A DNA stretch of 24,276 nucleotides from a virus (taxonomy: Duplodnaviria > Caudoviricetes), in the IMG/VR virus record IMGVR_UViG_3300045000_000032, positions 1 to 24,276 of that record. The stretch is one strand, 5' to 3'. The notes under the pieces are model-generated. The model was not told where the DNA came from, searched no databases, and saw only the letters and a program-made list of their open reading frames with translations. How positions within the stretch are numbered: the first letter of the stretch is position 1; every line of letters begins with the position of its first letter. Shown here piece by piece: positions 1 to 7,598 of the stretch. The position numbers were made by a program, and so were the translations under genes.

Positions 1-2
1 TC

Positions 3-482
3 ACCATAGGTGGTGTAACTGCAACTCAGGCCGTTTATCAAAGAGTAGGTGTGCGCGCGCATGCGATTTATTTCGCCAATGTCCCAACCGGAACGACCGC
101 CGACATCGGCGTGACGGGATACACAAACGGTTTCATCACCACAATAATCATCAACCTGGCCACGATCAAAGGTAGCGCAACGACGAGTGTTGCCGGAACG
201 AACACGACCGCTGGTTATTCGAACGGCTTGACCACCTCTCCGAGCCTCACGGTTGCGGCAAACGGTGTGATTATTATCGATGCTTACGGCGACGCGGATA
301 ACACGGGAACGCCAGTGACATCATGGACAGGCGCTACGCTAGATAAAGATCAATGGGATGGCGTTTCATTTGGCGTTGTAGGAAGCATGGCGCATTTGAC
401 AGTCTCCGCTACGGTAACAGAAACCGGAATCACGCATTCGGGCAGCCCGACGGGATGGGTGGCGGCAGGTTTCCAACCGTGA
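3..482 (+). CDS. 5'-truncated Thr/Gly-rich beta-sandwich protein (virion-associated/fibre-like hypothetical)
   Basis: Frame is open from position 3 (TIGGVTATQAVYQRVGVRAHAIYFANVPTGTTADIGVT...), so the true start is upstream of the window. Its TGA overlaps the next GTG (GTGA 479-482). Confidence 0.7.
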   Translation, partial: TIGGVTATQAVYQRVGVRAHAIYFANVPTGTTADIGVTGYTNGFITTIIINLATIKGSATTSVAGTNTTAGYSNGLTTSPSLTVAANGVIIIDAYGDADNTGTPVTSWTGATLDKDQWDGVSFGVVGSMAHLTVSATVTETGITHSGSPTGWVAAGFQP

Positions 483-3046
483 AGGTTTCTCGTACCGTTA
501 TTGCTGCGCTGCTGGTCGTCATTTCTGCGATCAGTGCGGATGCTCGCTTCCTTCGCGGCTCATCCGGCGTTCACGGCTGGAACCCGCTCCTGATCGGCGC
601 TGGCGGCCAGATCACCAATCTGGATTATCCAGCCGCGACTAGTGCGTTTCTGGTGACGACGGACACTGCCGGGGTTTTTGCGCTCGACAAGAACACCAGC
701 ACCTGGGTGGAGATTTTAACCAGCGACTCGCTGCCGTCGACCTTCAAGGGAGATGACAAATGGCTGGATGGTGCCTACGACATCCGTTCGGCACCTAGCG
801 ATCCGACCCGCTGTTATCTCGGCTACAATGTCTGGAACGGCGCCGAAAACACCGCTTATCTTCTCAAGAGCGACAACTGCAACGCGGCCGATCCCTCAAC
901 CATCACGTTCACGACCTTGCCCGCTTTCATCGCTGGGCAGTGGTCCGGAAACATCGGTCAATACAAATTCCTCGGCCCGAAGATCGGCGTCGACCCGAAC
1001 AATAAAGACGTCGCTCTAATCGGCGCGCCGTCCCCGAAACAGACGGCGACGGTGACGAGCGGCAGCGCCGTCATGTCGACGCCGGCGGCCCATTTCTTAG
1101 TCGCCAATAGCCGAGTGGTGTTCACCGGCAGTATTCCAGCCGGATTAAGTGCAGGCACATTTTACTATGTGATCGCGACCGGGCTGACCTCTACGCAGTT
1201 CGAGGTGTCGCTGACATCGGGTGGCGCGGCGGTAACTCCGTCGGCCAATGGCACCCCATCCGTTTCGGTTGCGTCGGCCTACCTGACGACGGATGGAGGT
1301 ACGACGTTCAATCCGCTTTCGAATGTTACCGCTTCGACACTGGTCGTTAACGGCGTCAATATCCCCCCGGTCGGGATCGCGTTTGACAATTCCTCGCTGC
1401 ACAATTGCGGAGCCGGAACCAATCAAACCTGCACGGTCTGGATTTGCACGCAGGGCGACGGATGCTGGCGCAGCATCACTGGCACCACGGGAACGTTCAG
1501 CAAGCAGACGACCGGCGTCGGCCCGACCAATGTAGGCCGCGCCAAGGTCGGAATTGATGGCGCGTTCTACGCGACCGAATATAACGCGAGCAAGCTGTGG
1601 CGCTTTGCATCTTCGACATGGACCGACATAAGTCCTGGCAACTGCAACAATAGCGTCGTCGTCAGCCCATTTGCGGCAGGCAACGTCGCTTCAATGTGCG
1701 CAAGCGGCGGCCTGTTTTGGACGACCAGCGGGAATACATGCGCCAATCCCGGCGCATGTAGTTGGGTTGGTACTGGCACGAGTAATCCTACTCGTGCGGC
1801 ATCGGACATTCCTTGGCTTACCGCGGGACCGGCGGCGCTCAATTATCTAAGCCTTAGTGATGCCGTCATGGACCCTTCGACGGCGGGGAAGATTTGGGGA
1901 GCGAGCGGCGTTGGCGTTTGGTACACAACCTCGACAACCGGCACGGCTTCATACACAGCCTTGAGTGCGGGCATTGCTCAGCTTGTGCTTAATAAAATTG
2001 TCTCGCCTCCGGGCGGAACTCCCGTGGCGGCCACTTGGGATCGGCCGTTCTTCAACCTCAATCCGCCCGGCAGCTACAAGACCGGCTATGGCCCGAGCTA
2101 CATCGCGACCAACAATATCTCCATGGGCTGGAGTGTCGATTGGTGCACGTCAGATCCCACGACGATCGCCGGCCTAGACACATGGTCTGAAAATCTTTCG
2201 TCTTACTCGACGACCAACGGCAGCCCAAACGATCCGTCGTCATGGACGCTCTATGCCAATCAGCCGCTTTTAGCGAACGTGAAGCCTGGCGGCGCAATCG
2301 CGTGCTCGACCCCAGACAACGTGGTTTTCTCGACTTCTAACAACGGAGATGTCTACTACAGCCAGAATGCAACCAGCGCATCTGCATCTTGGACAATGAT
2401 TGCTGCCGCCTCGTTTGGTCACGGGATGCAGCAATCAGGCGCTGGAATAGAGACCGGCTGGGGTTTTGCGGTTTATGCCAACCGCCAAGCCATCTGCGCT
2501 GATCGTGTAGCCGCCAACACGTTTTATATTAACAACTATCAGGCAGTCGGTCTTGGCGGCGGCACTTATCGAATATCGTTCCCATCCGGCGTTCTGACAA
2601 TTCAGCAAATCGTGTCCGGCGCAACGGGCATAGGAGGCGGCGCGGGCAATTCTGGGCATCTGCTTTACACGCAGGGTCAGAGCGGATCAGGGCTTTTCTA
2701 CACGACAGGCGGCTTACTCAGTTCGACCAGCTTCACGCAAATCACGGGTCCGACGAACGTCTATCAGGTAACGACCGGAGCAATTAAGCAGGGCAACGAT
2801 TATCCCAGCGTTTACATCAACGCGAAGGTAGGCAGCACTGGCGGTCCGCTAAATGACGGATACTCTATCTGGCGGTCAGATAATACAAAAGCTCAATGGG
2901 CCGCCAATGCGGTGACATGGACCGACATCGGCATTCCGCTAAAGACGATCGACCAGTTTTCCGCGATGGCTGGCGACAACAATATCTGGGGCGTGCTCTA
3001 CGCTGGAGGCAAGGGGACCGGGCCGGGATGGTACTTCACGCCGTGA
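479..3046 (+). CDS. Exported GH74 (xyloglucanase)-like beta-propeller protein, 855 aa, with an inserted phage fibre-type module
   Basis: GTG start coupled to the upstream stop. Sec-type signal peptide (MKVSRTVIAALLVVISAISADA). GH74-like N-terminus WNPLLIGAGGQIT...TTDTAGVF and second-half AATWDRPF motif. BNR/Asp-box-like YLTTDGGTTF and IWRSDN. Confidence 0.72.
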   Translation: MKVSRTVIAALLVVISAISADARFLRGSSGVHGWNPLLIGAGGQITNLDYPAATSAFLVTTDTAGVFALDKNTSTWVEILTSDSLPSTFKGDDKWLDGAYDIRSAPSDPTRCYLGYNVWNGAENTAYLLKSDNCNAADPSTITFTTLPAFIAGQWSGNIGQYKFLGPKIGVDPNNKDVALIGAPSPKQTATVTSGSAVMSTPAAHFLVANSRVVFTGSIPAGLSAGTFYYVIATGLTSTQFEVSLTSGGAAVTPSANGTPSVSVASAYLTTDGGTTFNPLSNVTASTLVVNGVNIPPVGIAFDNSSLHNCGAGTNQTCTVWICTQGDGCWRSITGTTGTFSKQTTGVGPTNVGRAKVGIDGAFYATEYNASKLWRFASSTWTDISPGNCNNSVVVSPFAAGNVASMCASGGLFWTTSGNTCANPGACSWVGTGTSNPTRAASDIPWLTAGPAALNYLSLSDAVMDPSTAGKIWGASGVGVWYTTSTTGTASYTALSAGIAQLVLNKIVSPPGGTPVAATWDRPFFNLNPPGSYKTGYGPSYIATNNISMGWSVDWCTSDPTTIAGLDTWSENLSSYSTTNGSPNDPSSWTLYANQPLLANVKPGGAIACSTPDNVVFSTSNNGDVYYSQNATSASASWTMIAAASFGHGMQQSGAGIETGWGFAVYANRQAICADRVAANTFYINNYQAVGLGGGTYRISFPSGVLTIQQIVSGATGIGGGAGNSGHLLYTQGQSGSGLFYTTGGLLSSTSFTQITGPTNVYQVTTGAIKQGNDYPSVYINAKVGSTGGPLNDGYSIWRSDNTKAQWAANAVTWTDIGIPLKTIDQFSAMAGDNNIWGVLYAGGKGTGPGWYFTP

Positions 3047-3169
3047 GGCCGGATATAGCTGCCGCAGTTTTTTAGGAAGCGGGCTCAAATCGGTGAGGGC
3101 CTGGTGTCTCACGAACAGCACCAACCCAACAAGAGCAACAAGAGCAACAAGAGCAATTAAAAGATACAT
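2939..3169 (-). CDS. Small single-TM membrane protein (76 aa)
   Basis: SD GAGGAG (3184-3179) lies 9 nt before the ATG. Hydrophobic N-terminus MYLLIALVALVALVGLVLFV followed by RH. The 3' end overlaps the GH74-like gene antisense by 108 nt. Confidence 0.55.
   Translation of the reverse strand: MYLLIALVALVALVGLVLFVRHQALTDLSPLPKKLRQLYPASRREVPSRPGPLASSVEHAPDIVVASHRGKLVDRL
3127..3156. repeat. Tandem 9-bp repeat (CAACAAGAG x3)
   Basis: Units at 3127-3135, 3136-3144 and 3145-3153. Encodes the in-frame (ALV)3 of the TM helix of the minus-strand ORF. Confidence 0.9.
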
Positions 3170-3199
3170 TGTAGGGTACTCCTCAAGACCAGTCTGAAA

Positions 3200-3322
3200 T
3201 CAATGGCAATGCCTTCGCTGCCCGTGAACGCTCGGGAGCGGAGGGGCTTCGCCAAGCCAGGCAGCCAACCCGCCAATGGCGGCTAACGTAACGACAACGC
3301 CAAGAACGAATCCAACCAGCAT
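3200..3322 (-). CDS. Small single-TM membrane peptide (40 aa; not in ORF track)
   Basis: Manual translation MLVGFVLGVVVTLAAIGGLAAWLGEAPPLPSVHGQRRHCH*. SD GGGAGG (3337-3332) lies 9 nt before the ATG. Confidence 0.6.
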   Translation of the reverse strand: MLVGFVLGVVVTLAAIGGLAAWLGEAPPLPSVHGQRRHCH

Positions 3323-3441
3323 TTTTTTCAGCCTCCCAAAAAGCCCACGCTACCCCACGTTGACTCCCCCCGCCTAGCCACCCGGCGTGAAATAATACGG
3401 CTTGACAACCGGAAGCTTTCAAGCGTGGGGCGAGCATAGGG

Positions 3442-3459
3442 GTAGGGCGATAGCCCTAC
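3442..3459. other. Perfect 7-bp hairpin GTAGGGC-GATA-GCCCTAC
   Basis: Inverted repeat in the intergenic gap between the antisense peptides and the head-tail gene. No U-tract; function unknown. Confidence 0.45.
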
Positions 3460-3503
3460 GTTGCGGGCCTCCGAATGGCCCTGAACCGAGAGATTTGCCC
3501 TAG

Positions 3504-3851
3504 ATGACCTACGCCTCCGACGTTGCCCAAGGTGCGGTCGACGATGCCTTCGCCGAGTTCGGCCGGCCGGCGAGCTATACCCCGGCGGGCGGGGGAGCTG
3601 CGGTGGTGTGCACGGTGATTGTCGATCTGCGCGGCGACGACGCGCGCCCTATCGATCATCGGCCGATGAAGGGACAGGGCTCGATCGAGGTGCGCAAGTC
3701 CGAAATTGTAGCGCCCGCAACCAGCGACACATTCGTTCCGGGCACGATCGTGAACGGCGCTTTCGTGGCGGGGCCGAAAACCTACACCGTGATGAACCGG
3801 CCGTGGGTTGACGACGAAGAGGGTCTGGTCTGGAAGATGTGGGCGGCCTGA
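3504..3851 (+). CDS. Phage head-tail joining protein (lambda FII-like)
   Basis: 115 aa. N-terminal 'DDAFAEFGRPASYTPAGG...CTVIV' and C-terminal 'D..GLVW' patterns. Position before the tail terminator. Confidence 0.78.
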   Translation: MTYASDVAQGAVDDAFAEFGRPASYTPAGGGAAVVCTVIVDLRGDDARPIDHRPMKGQGSIEVRKSEIVAPATSDTFVPGTIVNGAFVAGPKTYTVMNRPWVDDEEGLVWKMWAA

Positions 3852-3852
3852 G

Positions 3853-4326
3853 ATGTCAGCGGATTTTGCCGGCGCGCTTGCCGCCATCGTCGACAAGTTC
3901 AAGGCCGAATGGGTGATCGGCGCGGTGCCGCGCACGCGCGTCGCCGAGGTCAACAAGCCGCCGGCCGATCCCTGGCCGCCGAAGGACGGCGCGGGAAAGC
4001 TGTTGCCCTATGCGCTGATCGCGCCGCAAGGCGGCGGCGGCGACCTGATCGGTTTCGGCTCGCCGGGCAACCGGGTCTATCTTTATTCCGGGCTGATCCA
4101 CGCTCACTGTTACGAGCCGGTCGGCGATGGATCCGGCACTGCCTTCCCGCTCGCGGTTGCGGCCGGCGAAATCTTCCGCACCAGGCAGTTTTACGACACG
4201 GTCTCGCCGGGCTGCTACATCAAAAGCTATACGCCGCGGATTGACGGCGGCGGGCCGGGCGATGACGACGGCATCTGGTTCCGGGTCACGGCGACGATCC
4301 CGTTCGAATACTACCATTTGGGGTGA
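3853..4326 (+). CDS. Phage tail terminator-like protein
   Basis: ATG at 3853. 'GFGSPGNRVYLYSGLIHAHCYEPVGDG...GEIFR...WFRVTATIPFEY' resembles DUF4128/tail terminator proteins. Synteny. Confidence 0.7.
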   Translation: MSADFAGALAAIVDKFKAEWVIGAVPRTRVAEVNKPPADPWPPKDGAGKLLPYALIAPQGGGGDLIGFGSPGNRVYLYSGLIHAHCYEPVGDGSGTAFPLAVAAGEIFRTRQFYDTVSPGCYIKSYTPRIDGGGPGDDDGIWFRVTATIPFEYYHLG

Positions 4327-4333
4327 GGGCGTC

Positions 4334-4663
4334 ATGGGCAGCTTTCTCGACGCCTTCGACCGCTCCAACTTCAACCAGAGCGACGTGTTCTGGCGCAACG
4401 ACCAGAACTTCCATGTCTATGAGCAGGCCTTTCGCGCGTCGCATCCGGCGCCGGGCTCCAGCCTGGTCTGGGACACCGCCGGCGAAGAATCGCGCTTCGC
4501 GATCGGGCTGGCGAAGGCGCGAGCGCTGGATAAGGCGCGCAAGAACCTGATCCTGGCGGCCCACGCCAAGGCGGTAGAAGAGTTCGGGGCCTCGACGGCC
4601 AACCAGGTCACCCGCTCGGTCGACGGCGTCGAAGGCGCGCCGGATTCCGCGATCAAGTTGTGA
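4334..4663 (+). CDS. Putative neck/tail-completion protein, N-terminal part
   Basis: ATG at 4334 after GAGGG; 109 aa ending VDGVEGAPDSAIKL*. Possibly one gene with the next ORF. Confidence 0.55.
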   Translation: MGSFLDAFDRSNFNQSDVFWRNDQNFHVYEQAFRASHPAPGSSLVWDTAGEESRFAIGLAKARALDKARKNLILAAHAKAVEEFGASTANQVTRSVDGVEGAPDSAIKL

Positions 4664-5124
4664 GGATCGTCTACCGCGCGATCTACATGACGCAGATCGT
4701 GAGCTTCGCGCTGCAGACCTTGCGCGAGGCCTCACCGGTCGGCGCCGGCGACGATCCGCATATCGGGCTGTATCGAGCGAGCCATCTGCTCTTCATCAAC
4801 GGCCAGTCGGCCGCCGACGCGCGCGCGTGGAAGCCGGGCGATGAGGTCGAGATCTCCAACCCTGTGCCGTATTCGCGGCTGATCGAGATCGGGATTTTGA
4901 AAATGCGCGTGCCCGGCACCGATCATGTCTACCAGCACGCCGAGCAGATCGTTCGCGCGCGCTACGGCCATCAGGTCAACATCCGCTTTGCCTTCATGCC
5001 GGTGCGCTTTGCCAACCAGGCAGCAGCTGCCGGCTTTGCCCGCCGCGAGGGCAAGGACCGCGACACGCGGGCGTCGTCGCTGCAACAGCAGCCGGCGCTG
5101 ATCATCACCGCGCGCGCCGCGTAA
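4660..5124 (+). CDS. Putative neck protein (HK97 gp10-like), C-terminal part
   Basis: Motifs 'LREASPVG...GLYRASH' and 'ISNPVPYSRLIEIG' are typical of gp10-like neck proteins. GTGA overlap with the upstream ORF. Confidence 0.65.
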   Translation: MRIVYRAIYMTQIVSFALQTLREASPVGAGDDPHIGLYRASHLLFINGQSAADARAWKPGDEVEISNPVPYSRLIEIGILKMRVPGTDHVYQHAEQIVRARYGHQVNIRFAFMPVRFANQAAAAGFARREGKDRDTRASSLQQQPALIITARAA

Positions 5125-5172
5125 AGACCCATTCTTTTCAACCGCGGTTGAGCCGCAACAGGAGAGGCCGCC

Positions 5173-6408
5173 ATGACCTATCAATCCCAGTCCAATGCGC
5201 TGATGGCGTACAAGGTGCAGTCCGCCCAGGGCGTGCAGTCGAGTGGCGCCGGCGGCACCCAGCTGCGGCTTGCCGACGGCTCGGCCGGCCTCAAGATGAG
5301 CAAGGCGATCACCGAAAGCGTCGAGGTCCGCGCTGACGGCATGCGCTCGCGCGGCCGCCACGGTATCCAGAAGACCAGCGGCAGCTGGAACCATCAGGCC
5401 TCGATCGGATCCTGCGAGCCGATCCTTGAGGCCGTCGTGCGCGATACCTGGTCTGCGGCCGATCTTGCCATTACCAACGCGACCGGCACGCTCGGCATGA
5501 TCACCACCGGCGCCAACACCATCATCAACTCCGGTGATTCCTGGATCGCGCGCGGCGTCAAGGCCGGCGATGTCTGGCGCCTGACCGGGCAGACCACCTC
5601 GACCGCCAACAACGGCAAGAACCTGCGCATTACCGGCGTCACCGCCTCGACCATCACGGTGGCGGAGACGCTGATCGTCAACGCGGTCGGCTCGAACTTT
5701 ACCCTCACCCGTCCCGGCAAGAAGCTCACGCAATCCGGCATCCTGGTGCCGCGCTGGTTTACCGCGGAGGATTACGAAGGCGATATCGACGGCACCGAAG
5801 TCGCGACCGATTTCGTCTGGACCAATGCCAAAATCGCGATGTCGCCGAACGGCATTCTGATGCTCGATCCCGGCGGCATCGGCACCGGGCAATTCACCAC
5901 CTTGAACGGCGCCAGCGCGCCGCTGTTCACCTCGCCGGCGCTGAACACCGCGATCCCGCTCTCGGTGGTGGACGCCACCATCCGGCTCGGCTCGACCGAC
6001 CTGGTCGAATTGACCTTGTTCAACGTCACGCTGGATATCGGCGGCGTCGCGCCCGACACCTTCGGCTCGCAGGCGCAGAAATATTCCCCGGCGGTGTTTA
6101 CCGGGCAGATGGCGATTTCGCTGGCGATCACCGCGCTGCGCAAGGATCTCGCCTATGTCGCGAACTACGTCAACGAGGACGTGCTGTCGCTGCATTGCCT
6201 TGCGGTCGAGAATACCGCGGAGCCGAAGAACTTCCTGTCGTTCGCGCTGACCAACTTCACGCTCGGCTCGGTCGACAAGTCGGCGCTGAACCGCGCCGCG
6301 GGCCCGCGGACGCAAACCATTAACGTGCCGATCGGCCTGGTCGGCAAGGATGAATCCGGCGGCGCCTATGATGGAACGATGATCAAGTTCCAGGGTACCG
6401 GCGCCTGA
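5173..6408 (+). CDS. Phage tail tube (major tail) protein
   Basis: 411 aa with strong SD AGGAGAGG. 'QLR...GLKMSKAITESVEVRADGMRSRGRHG' tube pattern. Inserted beta module (SWIARGVKAGDVWRLTG...ANNGKNLRITGVTAST). Synteny. Confidence 0.85.
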   Translation: MTYQSQSNALMAYKVQSAQGVQSSGAGGTQLRLADGSAGLKMSKAITESVEVRADGMRSRGRHGIQKTSGSWNHQASIGSCEPILEAVVRDTWSAADLAITNATGTLGMITTGANTIINSGDSWIARGVKAGDVWRLTGQTTSTANNGKNLRITGVTASTITVAETLIVNAVGSNFTLTRPGKKLTQSGILVPRWFTAEDYEGDIDGTEVATDFVWTNAKIAMSPNGILMLDPGGIGTGQFTTLNGASAPLFTSPALNTAIPLSVVDATIRLGSTDLVELTLFNVTLDIGGVAPDTFGSQAQKYSPAVFTGQMAISLAITALRKDLAYVANYVNEDVLSLHCLAVENTAEPKNFLSFALTNFTLGSVDKSALNRAAGPRTQTINVPIGLVGKDESGGAYDGTMIKFQGTGA

Positions 6409-6448
6409 TTTTTTCTCTCTTCCTCGTTTCATCAACGGAGCTGCTCGC

Positions 6449-6658
6449 ATGACCAACCATGAACAGGCGGTGCGCGATGCCGCCGCCGCGCTCAAGACCG
6501 CGATCGCGGACGCGACGCTGGCCGGCTACCGCATCGAGTGGCCGTCGAACGCCGCGGCGCTCGACCTGATCGCGATCAGCGAGACATCCGCGGTGCAGGC
6601 CGCCGAGGCGCCTGCACAAGAGGCTGTCGTCAAGGTGCCGCCGGCACGTAACGACTGA
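6449..6658 (+). CDS. Hypothetical protein (69 aa)
   Basis: SD GGAG upstream. High-GC codon usage like neighbours. Confidence 0.7.
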   Translation: MTNHEQAVRDAAAALKTAIADATLAGYRIEWPSNAAALDLIAISETSAVQAAEAPAQEAVVKVPPARND

Positions 6659-6712
6659 CGGAAAAACCATTCCGGCGCCGCATACGCCGGAACGAGGTAG
6701 CGCGCGCTGCAC

Positions 6713-6751
6713 GGCGGGCGGTGTATCGGCACCGCCCGCTACTTTCCGATA
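6713..6751 (+). promoter_or_regulatory. Candidate H-type RNA pseudoknot abutting the chaperone SD
   Basis: Stem GGCGGGCGGTG(6713-6723)/CACCGCCCGCT(6730-6740). Loop TATCGG(6724-6729) is complementary to CCGATA(6746-6751), directly followed by AAAGGA and ATG. Confidence 0.55.
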
Positions 6752-6759
6752 AAAGGACC

Positions 6760-7233
6760 ATGACGATGACCGTTACCGCGACCGCGGCGCCCGCCGCCGA
6801 TGATTTCGATATCTCCTGCGCCGATGCCCAGGACGAAATGACCTGCGCCATCAAGCATCCGAAGACCGATAAGCCGACCACATGGGTATGGACCTTCTAT
6901 GGCCCCGCCCATCCCGTCACGGTCGATCTTGCGGCCAAGGCTTCAAAGAAGATTATAGAAGAGAATCGCCTGCACAAGCAGCAGCAGCTCAACGGCAAGA
7001 AGATCAAGATCGAGACGCAGTCGTTCGATGAATTGCGCGAAGAGAATGTCGACGGCATCGTGACGCGGACCAAGACCTTCACGCCGATCCGGATGAATGG
7101 CGAGCTGATCGAGTTCAGCCCGGAGAACGCCCGGAAACTTTTGCTCGACCGCCGCAAGAGCTGGCTGTTCAGCCAGGTGTTCGAATTCGTCCGCGCGGAC
7201 GAAAATTTTATTCCGCCCTCGGCGACGAGCTGA
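6760..7233 (+). CDS. Tail assembly chaperone (gpG analogue)
   Basis: Lies between tube and tape measure genes. ATG 6760 (or 6766) after AAGGA. Ends ...FVRADENFIPPSATS with a slippery site at ENF. Confidence 0.82.
   Translation: MTMTVTATAAPAADDFDISCADAQDEMTCAIKHPKTDKPTTWVWTFYGPAHPVTVDLAAKASKKIIEENRLHKQQQLNGKKIKIETQSFDELREENVDGIVTRTKTFTPIRMNGELIEFSPENARKLLLDRRKSWLFSQVFEFVRADENFIPPSATS
7203..7209 (+). promoter_or_regulatory. -1 programmed ribosomal frameshift heptamer A AAT TTT
   Basis: Canonical X XXY YYZ in the correct phase, 8 codons before the chaperone stop. The -1 frame is open to 7598. Confidence 0.85.
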
Positions 7234-7598
7234 GGGAATTTGCCGAGAAGACCTTCGCTCTGAACGCGGTCGACAAGGACGGCGTCACCCATCGCGAAGC
7301 GCTGGAAAAACTGATCGAGCGCACCCGGCATCCGCAGCGCCGTGCCGAGCGCGAGGCCGAACTTGAATGCCCGCCGTTCCCGCTGGCGCTGGAATATCTC
7401 TGGATCATCTTCCATCGCCTCAGCGCCCGGCGAGGATCGAACGGCTTTGCCGTCAACCCGATCACCTGGCCTGACATCGATGCCTTTGTCCGGCATTCGG
7501 GTCTGCGGCTGGCGCCGTGGGAAGTCCGCCTGATCGAGCAGCTCGACGATCTGTTCCGCGCCGAGCAAGGCAAGAAACAAGAGACCACTGAAACATGA
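7209..7598 (+). CDS. Tail assembly chaperone frameshift extension (gpT part of gpGT; not in ORF track)
   Basis: Manual translation YSALGDELREFAEKTFALNAVDKDGVTHRE...ELECPPFPLALEYLWIIFHRLSARRGSNGFAVNPITWPDIDAFVRHSGLRLAPWEVRLIEQLDDLFRAEQGKKQETTET*. No ATG of its own. Stop overlaps the tape measure ATG (ATGA). Confidence 0.85.
   Translation, partial: YSALGDELREFAEKTFALNAVDKDGVTHREALEKLIERTRHPQRRAEREAELECPPFPLALEYLWIIFHRLSARRGSNGFAVNPITWPDIDAFVRHSGLRLAPWEVRLIEQLDDLFRAEQGKKQETTET

Noticed and set aside
353-478. 42-aa N-terminal extension of the 897-aa ORF
   Set aside because: Overlaps the upstream gene. GTG 479 gives GTGA coupling and exposes a clean signal peptide.
3392-3422. Sigma70-like promoter elements (TTGACA at 3402 on +; TTGAAA…TATTAT on -)
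   Set aside because: The plus-strand -35 has no -10. The minus-strand pair has a 19-nt spacer. Plausible for the antisense peptides but not supportable.
3183-3437. 84-aa minus-strand ORF from the track
   Set aside because: Unprotein-like composition. It overlaps the better-supported 40-aa ORF, which has a strong SD.
5138-5151. Perfect 14-bp palindrome TCAACCGCGGTTGA before the tube gene
   Set aside because: Single copy, with no second instance noticed; function cannot be supported.
4732-6495. Long antisense ORFs (587 aa here; also 7208-8185, 8804-10156, 12552-13412, 21350-22465)
   Set aside because: Shadow frames of high-GC coding genes; Arg/Gly-rich with no motifs.
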